Of a stretch of DNA of 64,000 nt, positions 56,343 to 64,000 are shown one piece after another. How positions within the stretch are numbered: the first letter of the stretch is position 1; the number at the start of each line of letters is the position of its first letter. The notes below the pieces were generated by a model that was not told the DNA's origin, searched no databases, and saw only the letters and a program-made list of their open reading frames with translations. The position numbers and the translations under genes were made by a program. Origin of the DNA: Gemmatimonadaceae bacterium (lineage in GTDB: Bacteria > Gemmatimonadota > Gemmatimonadetes > Gemmatimonadales > Gemmatimonadaceae); contig JBJMOW010000005.1 of assembly GCA_045803545.1 (NCBI GenBank), positions 1,056,001 to 1,120,000 of the forward strand. Direction: 5' to 3'.

Positions 56343-57419
56343 ATGGTGCGGGCCCTGGACCGCTACGTATTTACCGAATTCTGGAAGATCTTCGTCACGA
56401 CGGCGCTCGGATTTCCGATCCTCGTCAACATCATCGATCTCACAGACAATCTCGACAAATACCTCGGGCAGAAACTGAGCCCCGGTCGGATCGCGCTCAG
56501 CTACATCTACTGGCTGCCGGATTCGATGTTCATGGTGTTGCCGGCGGCGGTGTTGTTCGCCACGGTATTCGCAATTGGGGCACTCACTCGCCACTCCGAG
56601 ATCACCGCGGCGAAGGCGTCCGGAATTAGCTTTTATCGTTTCATCGCGCCGATTTTTGCCGGTGCAGTGATTGCGACAATGCTCGGACTCGTACTAGGAG
56701 AGCTGGCACCTGTTACAAACAAAAAGCGAATGGAGATTCTGCAGGGTAATCAGGTCAACCTGGGCAACGATCGATACAATTTCGCCTATGCCGCGGACAA
56801 TGGTCGCGTCTACAAGATCGGCGCGCTGCATCTGACCGACGCCTCGATCGAGGGAATGGTGATCGAACGCAAAGGCAAGGGACCTGACTATCCCTCATAC
56901 CTTATCTCGGCGAATGGGGCGAAATATCGGTCGGGCAAGGGATGGCTGATCAAGGGCGGTGCGATGCATGTTATTCCGGACACACTTCACAACATGACCA
57001 TCACCTTCGATTCGCTCATCGACAAGCACTTCACCGATCAGCCGAAGCAGCTGACGCTGGCGCAGAAAGCGCCGGCTGATATGGGCTTCAAGGAGCTCGG
57101 GAGATTCATAGCATCGATGGAGCGCTCGGGCGCCGACGTGAACGAGCTGCGTGTCGAGCGGATGCTCAAAATCGCGATTCCGGTCACCTGCGTTGTGATC
57201 CTGCTATTCGGCGCGCCACTGGCGACGAGCACCCAGCGCGGCGGCGCCGCCTACGGAGTCGGGCTTAGTCTGGCGACAACGGTGATTTTCCTGATGCTGA
57301 TTCAGCTGACCAAGGGCATCGGCGGCAAAGGGATGATACCGGCCGATCTCGCGGCCTGGCTACCGAGTATGATCTTCGGAGTTATTGGCGCATTTCTCTT
57401 CGCGCGCGTCAGAACTTGA
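56343..57419 (+). CDS. lptG: LptF/LptG family permease (LptG)
   Basis: LDRYV, LPAAVLFA, SEITAAKASGIS, KIAIP, LAAWLP. Confidence 0.88.
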   Translation: MVRALDRYVFTEFWKIFVTTALGFPILVNIIDLTDNLDKYLGQKLSPGRIALSYIYWLPDSMFMVLPAAVLFATVFAIGALTRHSEITAAKASGISFYRFIAPIFAGAVIATMLGLVLGELAPVTNKKRMEILQGNQVNLGNDRYNFAYAADNGRVYKIGALHLTDASIEGMVIERKGKGPDYPSYLISANGAKYRSGKGWLIKGGAMHVIPDTLHNMTITFDSLIDKHFTDQPKQLTLAQKAPADMGFKELGRFIASMERSGADVNELRVERMLKIAIPVTCVVILLFGAPLATSTQRGGAAYGVGLSLATTVIFLMLIQLTKGIGGKGMIPADLAAWLPSMIFGVIGAFLFARVRT

Positions 57420-58180
57420 TTCGCGATCCACTCGAGCCGTTCCGAAATGTTGGGAAGCGCGCGTATTTCGCGCGAGACATCGGGCGCGCGATACCCGACT
57501 TTCGAACCTACGGCGCGGAAACGATCCGCCAGATGCGGAACATTGGAGTCGACTCGCTTCCACTGGCGGCAATCGTTGCCGCGTTTATCGGCGCAGTGAC
57601 CGCAATCCAGACGCGATATCAACTCTTTGGCGGAGTGCAGCTTTCGGTTGTGGGGCTGATCTCACGTCAGTCGGTGATTCTGGAACTGGGTCCATTGCTG
57701 ACAGGTCTGGTGCTCACAGGTCGAGTCGGCGCGCGAATCACCGCCGAGATCGGGACGATGCGTGTAACAGAGCAGATCGATGCACTGGAAACGCTGGCGT
57801 ACGATCCCGTTGCGTATCTGGTAGTGCCGCGACTGATCGCGGCACTCGTCATGCTTCCAGTCCTGACTGTCCTCGCCGACGCGATTGGTGTCGTTACGGC
57901 AATGGTAACCGCGGTCTCGGCGACGGACGTCACAAGCGCGGACTTCACGGCGGGCCTTCGGCTCTCGTTCACTCCGTTTCAAATAGTGTACAGCCTGATC
58001 AAGGCGACTATATTCGGAGGCGCGATAGCCTTCTTCTGCTCCTACGAGGGTTACACCGCGAATGTCGGCGCCGAAGGCGTCGGACGCAGCACCGCGCAAG
58101 CGGTTGTCATTACCTCGGTCGCCATTCTGGTGCTTGATGCGCTGATCGCCGTCCTCCTCGCTCCTTACCTGCAGGCATGA
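57416..58180 (+). CDS. mlaE: MlaE family ABC permease
   Basis: IGVDSLP, ELGPLLTGLVLTGRVGA.ITAEIGTMRVTEQIDALE, LVVPR, GAEGVG.ST..AVV. Confidence 0.95.
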   Translation: MIRDPLEPFRNVGKRAYFARDIGRAIPDFRTYGAETIRQMRNIGVDSLPLAAIVAAFIGAVTAIQTRYQLFGGVQLSVVGLISRQSVILELGPLLTGLVLTGRVGARITAEIGTMRVTEQIDALETLAYDPVAYLVVPRLIAALVMLPVLTVLADAIGVVTAMVTAVSATDVTSADFTAGLRLSFTPFQIVYSLIKATIFGGAIAFFCSYEGYTANVGAEGVGRSTAQAVVITSVAILVLDALIAVLLAPYLQA

Positions 58181-59058
58181 AGACAAGAGACGAAGTTCTC
58201 GTTGGACTCGTTGTGACCGCGGCGATAGTCGTGACCGTGCTCGGCTCGCTGTGGCTGGCGCGCGGCGGATTGTCGAAGGGATATCCGTTGTACGCGAAGT
58301 TCCCGTGGGGCGCAGGACTCAAACAGGGACAGCCGGTGCTGCTGGTCGGCGTGAGCGTGGGTTACCTCGACCAGGTCGATCTTCACCAGGACGGCACACT
58401 GGTGACGACACTGCGCATTCAGAATCACTATCAGGTGCCGATCACGAGCAAAGCAACGGTAATTCCAAACGGAATCTTCGGCGACATGGCGGTGGCATTG
58501 ACGCCGTCGAAACCGAATCCAGTCTCGTTCAAGTCGGGCGACACCGTTCCGATTGGACCATCGACGCCGGGGATCGCAGAGCTGACCGCGAAGGCGGATT
58601 CAGTAATGAACTCCGTCAACGCAATCACGACCGCTTTGCAACGAGAGATGGTGGGTACAGGTGGGATCCGGGATTTGCGGAGCACCATCGCGTCGACGAA
58701 TCGGCTAGTCAATGATTTTTCGTCGATCGCCAACGAGCAGTCGCGTCAATTGACGGCGACGATGCAATCGGTTCGACGCGCAACTACGGCAATCGATCCG
58801 GCAAAGGTCGATTCGACGCTCGCAAATTTCCGGACGACGAGCGCTAACCTCGCGCAGCTGAGTGGGCAGGTAAAGGAGACGACGACCAAGCTCGACGCGA
58901 TTCTGGCGAAAGTCGATACGGGGCCCGGATCTGCTGCGCGCTTGTTGAACGATCCGGGTGCGTACAACGACGTGCGTGGGTTGCTGGCGCGAATGGATTC
59001 GTTGCTCGCGGACATCAAGAAGAATCCGAAACGGTACATCAACGTCAAGATCTTCTAG
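58177..59058 (+). CDS. mlaD: MCE/MlaD family protein
   Basis: N-terminal TM, GLKQGQPV...GV.VG, helical extension, DIKKNPKRY. Confidence 0.9.
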   Translation: MKTRDEVLVGLVVTAAIVVTVLGSLWLARGGLSKGYPLYAKFPWGAGLKQGQPVLLVGVSVGYLDQVDLHQDGTLVTTLRIQNHYQVPITSKATVIPNGIFGDMAVALTPSKPNPVSFKSGDTVPIGPSTPGIAELTAKADSVMNSVNAITTALQREMVGTGGIRDLRSTIASTNRLVNDFSSIANEQSRQLTATMQSVRRATTAIDPAKVDSTLANFRTTSANLAQLSGQVKETTTKLDAILAKVDTGPGSAARLLNDPGAYNDVRGLLARMDSLLADIKKNPKRYINVKIF

Positions 59059-59059
59059 C

Positions 59060-59199
59060 TGATTCGGTTCGAATCCTGAGTCCGACTTTCGAGCTGAATC
59101 CGAAGTCCGAGCCGATTGCGAAGTGCGAGCAAAGCTCGGAGGTAGCTCTCAACTCGGACCAGGTGCGTAACTCGGACTTAGCTCGCAACTCGGACTAGC
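59060..59199. repeat. Degenerate short-period repeat with inverted symmetry between convergent genes
   Basis: AACTCGGAC at 59151, 59169, 59187 (18-bp period); complementary AGTCCGA copies at 59079 and 59104. Confidence 0.6.
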
Positions 59200-59817
59200 T
59201 CAGCCCCGCGCTTTTATTTCGTCCAGCCTTTGCGCCCGCCGCGTCTTGGGACGATGCACACGCGCCGGCGGCTGACGGAGCTGCCAGCGGATACGCCAGG
59301 CCACGGCGAATAGCACCAGCAGCATACACAGCTCCACGTAGACCTTCTCGCCGTCCAGGAAGTCGATTGGATTGTCCTTGAGGTTTGGGTCGGTCAAGAT
59401 GCCGTGGATGTAGAATAGCAACGCCGTCGCGTAAGCCGTAAAGTGCAGCGACTTCCATGTCTTGCGACCAAGCTCATGGCGGAAATACGAGGTCAGGACC
59501 ACGAACGCCAGTGAGTACAGCGCGAGCGCGCCGAGGACGTTGATCCACGGCTGTTTCGGCGCGTTGACCGGGTAGATGATGTCGATCAACCCAAACTTCG
59601 CGGTCGACGAAAAAAGAATTATCACCGGGTGGATCGCGGCGATGGTCAGCGCGATGTAGGCGGTCCAGTTGTGGATCTTGAAGGTGTTGATCCGCCGGTG
59701 GGGCCATTCGCGGACCGGATTGTACTTCACCGACATCACCAGCCCAAGCAGGATGTTGAGCGTCAGCAGCGTCATCGCCGCGAGGCCGAAGTAGCTGGAG
59801 ATCTCGATCGCGCTCAT
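59200..59817 (-). CDS. Ferric reductase-like transmembrane domain protein
   Basis: 5 TMs with putative heme-ligand His (KIHNW, AIHP, WKSLHF..Y, IHG). Confidence 0.8.
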   Translation of the reverse strand: MSAIEISSYFGLAAMTLLTLNILLGLVMSVKYNPVREWPHRRINTFKIHNWTAYIALTIAAIHPVIILFSSTAKFGLIDIIYPVNAPKQPWINVLGALALYSLAFVVLTSYFRHELGRKTWKSLHFTAYATALLFYIHGILTDPNLKDNPIDFLDGEKVYVELCMLLVLFAVAWRIRWQLRQPPARVHRPKTRRAQRLDEIKARG

Positions 59818-59855
59818 GTCAGAAAGTCACGTGGCTTGTAAAAGCTTAGAGTAAC

Positions 59856-59891
59856 GAAAATGCCGGCGGGGTTTTCTCCGCCGGCATTTTC
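59856..59891 (-). terminator. Intrinsic terminator after the TonB receptor gene
   Basis: GAAAATGCCGGCGG-N8-CCGCCGGCATTTTC. Confidence 0.8.
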
Positions 59892-59935
59892 TCTACGGTC
59901 CAGAGACGCCGAGCGCTGAAGGCTCGGCGCATCCG

Positions 59936-62900
59936 TCAGAAGCTGTACCGCAGCGAAAGCTGCATGCGATAGTTGGAAGACGCGTTATCCGCGTTCCACG
60001 GCTTCATTGCCTTGTTGAAGGTGTAAATGCCCTGGATCGTCTGCTGCGTACGGCCGGCAGTGACGTTTCCGCTCTGAGTCAACAGAGTGGTCGCGCTGCA
60101 GATCGGGCCGCAGGTGTTGTTCTGATCAGAGAAGTTCTGCCATCCCCATCTCTTGTTGAGCAGGTTGAGGAAGTTGATGACGTCGAGGCGCAGCTGCAGG
60201 TTCTGCTGGCCGAACGCCCGCAGATTCTGGCCGACACTGACGTCGACGTCGTTCTGCCACGGATTGCGGCAGGTATTGCGACCAAGGAGCTTCCCGCGGT
60301 TCTTGCTGAGGCATGGGACACGATCGATGAAGCGATCGAATGCATCGGCTTGCGCCTGTGCATCAAGAACCGCCTGTGCCGCTGTTAGGCCTGGTGACAC
60401 ACCGTTGTAACCAGTGAAGAGAATCTCGTTCGGATCGTGCGCATCCTTCGGCACGTAGACGAGATCGTTCTGTGACTGACCATCGGCGTTGGCATCGCCT
60501 GATCCCGATCCGCTACCAGCTGCGTAGACGTAATCGAAAGGCGCGCCGGAGTTGCCGACATAGATGAACGAGAAGTCGGTCAACGTCTTCAGGGTCCACG
60601 TGCCCGTCGCGATGATGCGGTGCGGCATGTCTTCCTTGCCGCGGGTGAGGCTGCGATCCGCGAGGTTGCCTGCCCAGTCACGTTGATAGCGATAGTTTGA
60701 GCCCTGTGTGCTGCTCGTCGTCGCCGCTACGTCACGCACCTGTGAATAGGTGTACGCGACCGAGCCCTGGAAGCTGTCGAAGAAAGTTTTCTGCAGCTGG
60801 CCGGTCAGGCTGTAGGTATGATCGCCGTGAACGTTGGTCACGTCGATCACCTGCTGACGGCCGCCTGGTGCCAGGGTCGCAGTGCCGCCCGTTGCGGTGA
60901 GAGTTCCGTACAGGACCCGGCCGTTGCGGTCGACGCCTTGAGGACCGGCGAGTGCAAGGTTTTGATAGAACGCGTTCGAGATGGCCTTGGTGTACAACCC
61001 TTCGACCGTGCTGACCAGACCGTTCCCAAAACGGTGATCGTAGCCGAGGGTGATCTTCTGATACTGCGGGAAGCGGAAGTTCGGATCGATCGTAGCGATG
61101 TTGGAGCTTGCAGCCGTCGTCGCACCCGGACGCGCGGCGCCACCACCAGCGGGCGTGAACGGCGCGCACGCCGTCGGAGGGTTGGCGATGTTCGCTGCGT
61201 TAAACGGTGGCGGAATCGTCGATGTCGCGTTGGTGCCCTGATTGCCGGCGTTTCCACCGCAGGTAAGCGACGCGTATCCGCTCAAGCCCGAATTGCCGAA
61301 CGCGTTCGAGAGATAAACGAACGGCGGAGTCCCGGTGAATAATCCGAGTCCACCGCGAAGCTGGTTGCGCTGATCGCCAGTCGCGTCCCAGTTGAAAGAG
61401 AAGCGTGGGGAGATCGTGCGCTTGCTTGGTACGGCGGCGGTGCTGCGTCCGTAAGCAGTGAGGACTTGTGGATTCTCGGGCGGCGTATCAAGGAATTTTG
61501 GCTTCTCGAGACGAACGCCAGCTGTGATAGTCAAGCGATCGGACTTCTGCCATGCGTCCTGAACGTAGAACGAGTACATGTTAGCGCGGAACGTTGCGAG
61601 TCCGTTCGCCGGATCGGTCGCCGACGGAGCGCTAACGGAGTAGCTAACTGGATTCCCCAGCCTGAACTGGGTCGTGTCAGCAAACGTCCAGCTGCCCATC
61701 GAGTTCTGGCCAAACAGGTTGATCGGCTTGTAGAACAAGTTCTTTGTACCGAATGTGACGTGATGCGACGCAACAGGAACTGTAAAGTTTTCAGTAAGCT
61801 CAAACGTCCGTTGATCGAGCGAGTTGCCCTGAGATGACGCCTCGGTTCCTGCTACCATGGCGAGTGTGTTCGCGCCCTGAGTGGTAGTGAATCCGCGAAC
61901 CGTAATCTGCGGGTAATTCACCGGCACGGTTCTGAAGTCGTGCGTGGTGGTCAGGTTAAGAAGCAGCTCGTTGAAGATCCCGTTCGGAAGATTGGTCAAC
62001 AGCTCAGCGACCGACGAGTGCGTCTTCGAGCTGAAGAGGTACGAGTTCGACGTGAGGTTGAACAGCGGACTGGACGAAGTCGAAGAGCTGCGGCTGAAGG
62101 TCGTGTTATCGGCCGCTGCATAGTTGTGGCGCAATACCAGTCGGGTGTATCCCGGCAGGTAAGCGTCGACTCGCCCGAATACGTTGGTCAAAGGATTCTG
62201 CTTGAGGACGCGAGCGCCGCTACCTGGGTTGGTCAGGCCCTGCGCTTTCGCGTAGTCCTGGAACGTTGTTACGTCCGCCGATCTCGCGACACTATCCGGA
62301 GATCCGAGAAATGAGCCCGTCGCCGGAGTATTCTGCTTCTGCCACTCCGGATTCACGAAAAAGAAGAGACGGTTCTTGATGATCGGACCGCCGAGCGAGA
62401 ATCCGTACTGTTGCTGCTTGAACTCGGCGAGGTACGGCTGGCTGCGAGTCAGACTCTCGTTTCGAGTGTAGCCGTAAGTCGAGCCGTGAAATTCATTGGT
62501 GCCGGTCTTCGTCACCGCGTTGATCAACATGCCGCCGAAGTTTCCCTGACGGACATCGAACGGCGAAAGCAGAACCTGATACTCCTTCACCGCGTCTAGT
62601 GGAATCGACTTCGCGTTCGCCTGGGCGCCGGGCTGGCCAGTGGTGCCGAGGCCGAAGAGATCGCCTGATGCCGCGCCGTCGATCTGAATCGCGTTCTGTC
62701 GAAGGTTGACGCCGCCGCCGGAAAGACCGCCGGTGCTCGTCGAAACCTGCGGCACGAGCTGAACGAAATCCGCAAAGTTTCTATTGAGCGTCGGCAGACG
62801 ACGCAGCAGGGAGTCGCCAACCGTCGTGCCCGTTCCAGTCTTGCTCGGGTTGATGACAGGAGTCGCCTCGGCAGAAACGGTGACCGTCTCGAGGACAGTG

Positions 62901-63253
62901 CTTTGCTGCTTGAGCTGGAAATCGGTCCGGGTCGTTTGGCCCAGGCTGACGAGGACGTTGTTCTGGGTCTGCGGCTCGAAACCGATCCGGCGAACCGTCA
63001 GCGAGTAACCCGGGTCGGGTTCTACTCCCTGGATATAGTATTGACCGTTCGCGCGTGTAAGGCCGCCGGCGCTGGCGCCGGTTCGTGGATTGCGAACCTG
63101 GACCTGCGCACCTTCGACCGCCGCGCCATTGGCGTCGGTCACGGTACCACTAATTGCGCCCGTCGTAATGCCCTGCGCGAGGAGACGAGCGGAAGCTCCA
63201 GTCACCAGTGCCAAAGCGGTAGCGACAGTCAAGAATAGACGTGTCTTGAGCAT
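59936..63253 (-). CDS. TonB-dependent receptor, Oar type, with N-terminal carboxypeptidase-regulatory-like domain
   Basis: Signal peptide; GAISGTVTD, LPTLNRNF.DF, IPLDAVKEYQV, INAVTKTGTNEFHGS, YVQDAW, SPRFSFNWD, C-terminal QLSLRYSF. Confidence 0.93.
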   Translation of the reverse strand: MLKTRLFLTVATALALVTGASARLLAQGITTGAISGTVTDANGAAVEGAQVQVRNPRTGASAGGLTRANGQYYIQGVEPDPGYSLTVRRIGFEPQTQNNVLVSLGQTTRTDFQLKQQSTVLETVTVSAEATPVINPSKTGTGTTVGDSLLRRLPTLNRNFADFVQLVPQVSTSTGGLSGGGVNLRQNAIQIDGAASGDLFGLGTTGQPGAQANAKSIPLDAVKEYQVLLSPFDVRQGNFGGMLINAVTKTGTNEFHGSTYGYTRNESLTRSQPYLAEFKQQQYGFSLGGPIIKNRLFFFVNPEWQKQNTPATGSFLGSPDSVARSADVTTFQDYAKAQGLTNPGSGARVLKQNPLTNVFGRVDAYLPGYTRLVLRHNYAAADNTTFSRSSSTSSSPLFNLTSNSYLFSSKTHSSVAELLTNLPNGIFNELLLNLTTTHDFRTVPVNYPQITVRGFTTTQGANTLAMVAGTEASSQGNSLDQRTFELTENFTVPVASHHVTFGTKNLFYKPINLFGQNSMGSWTFADTTQFRLGNPVSYSVSAPSATDPANGLATFRANMYSFYVQDAWQKSDRLTITAGVRLEKPKFLDTPPENPQVLTAYGRSTAAVPSKRTISPRFSFNWDATGDQRNQLRGGLGLFTGTPPFVYLSNAFGNSGLSGYASLTCGGNAGNQGTNATSTIPPPFNAANIANPPTACAPFTPAGGGAARPGATTAASSNIATIDPNFRFPQYQKITLGYDHRFGNGLVSTVEGLYTKAISNAFYQNLALAGPQGVDRNGRVLYGTLTATGGTATLAPGGRQQVIDVTNVHGDHTYSLTGQLQKTFFDSFQGSVAYTYSQVRDVAATTSSTQGSNYRYQRDWAGNLADRSLTRGKEDMPHRIIATGTWTLKTLTDFSFIYVGNSGAPFDYVYAAGSGSGSGDANADGQSQNDLVYVPKDAHDPNEILFTGYNGVSPGLTAAQAVLDAQAQADAFDRFIDRVPCLSKNRGKLLGRNTCRNPWQNDVDVSVGQNLRAFGQQNLQLRLDVINFLNLLNKRWGWQNFSDQNNTCGPICSATTLLTQSGNVTAGRTQQTIQGIYTFNKAMKPWNADNASSNYRMQLSLRYSF

Positions 63254-63363
63254 GTTGTCTCGGAAAAAATTGGTGGAGGGAAGCCAAAACTTAGTGACGA
63301 GATCTCATGCCCGGCAAGAGAGTTTTGTCACCGCTCGGCAACGGTCGCGACACTCGCCGTTTT

Positions 63364-64000
63364 CTAGATGTTGTTCGCCGTGCGCCGCGTTTTTGTGATG
63401 AAGAAAACCGGAATTCCGAGGAGGATCACGCCGAGCACGGCGAGGGTGCCGAGGCGGCTGGAAGGATCGAGCAGGGCGTTGCTAAGCAGTAAGATGGTGG
63501 CAACGATGAAGATGGCGGGCACCACGGGGTATCCCGGGACCCGAAACGTCGGATTGTAATCCGCTCGCTTACGAAGTACGAAGATGGCGGCGACAGCCAG
63601 TGCGTAGAACGGAACGATCGCCGTCACGAAGGTATCGGCCAGCTGCTCAAACGTCCCAGCGAGCACGAAAACGACGCCCAATGAGGCGCTCAACCAGATT
63701 GCGACCGACGGAGTCTGAAAGCGTCGATCGACGTGCGCTATCGGACGGAATAGCAATCCATCAGCTGCCGTCGCGAACAGGACGCGCGAGCCCGTCATCA
63801 CCGAACCGTTCAAAGTACCGAACGTCGAGATCATCACCGCAACGGAAACGAATGCAACTCCAGGTGCGCCCATCAGGGTTTCCGCTACATCGGCCGCCAC
63901 GAGCTTCGATTGCCTGATCTGCTCGATCGGCAGCACGGCGAGGTACGCTGCGTTGGCTAGAAGATAGAGGGCGATGATGATCAGCGTTCCGAAGATCAGG
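63364..64000 (-). CDS. APC family amino acid permease (C-terminal part, runs off window)
   Basis: ISTFGTLNG...GSRVLFA.A.DG, FQTP, FRVPGYPVVP, GIPVFF. Confidence 0.9.
   Translation of the reverse strand, partial: LIFGTLIIIALYLLANAAYLAVLPIEQIRQSKLVAADVAETLMGAPGVAFVSVAVMISTFGTLNGSVMTGSRVLFATAADGLLFRPIAHVDRRFQTPSVAIWLSASLGVVFVLAGTFEQLADTFVTAIVPFYALAVAAIFVLRKRADYNPTFRVPGYPVVPAIFIVATILLLSNALLDPSSRLGTLAVLGVILLGIPVFFITKTRRTANNI

Noticed and set aside
59140..59199. Possible degenerate CRISPR array
   Set aside because: Conserved word is only 9 bp with an 18-bp period, far too short for repeat-spacer units.
1..64000. tRNA, rRNA, integrase, transposase or prophage genes
   Set aside because: None recognised in the ORF track or the intergenic regions by eye; a tRNAscan/Infernal run would be needed to exclude small RNAs.

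Overview
A GC-rich, gene-dense bacterial chromosome segment. Gene content (PilS/PilR, pilB-pilT-pilC, an SprA homologue, Oar-type TonB receptor, 'AAC-SD-x-TAP' lipoproteins, HEAT-repeat ECF operon) suggests Gemmatimonadota; this is inference, not a database result. About 55 CDSs can be supported. I saw no rRNA, tRNA, CRISPR array or transposase. Two things stand out. (1) A candidate peptide-signalling module at 32.2-36.8 kb: a receiver-like/AraC regulator, a divergent 43-aa lipo-peptide gene with two extra cysteines, a convergent TPR protein and an orphan family-5 peptide-binding protein. These are linked by a shared TGATA-n-GAAA-n4-CATTT direct-repeat motif with a 21-22 bp period in three intergenic regions. 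(2) An exported peroxiredoxin-like protein (19319-19921) that the ORF track splits in two. It has an in-frame UGA at the catalytic Cys position followed by a SECIS-like hairpin, so it is a probable periplasmic selenoprotein, and it lies next to TlpA and CcdA/DsbD. Also present: a 163-bp imperfect inverted repeat, a beta-barrel-NlpC/P60 fusion, an SprA gene running into comEA-pilB-pilT-pilC, and two apparent single-base frameshifts. All product calls come from motif recognition by eye; no searches were run.
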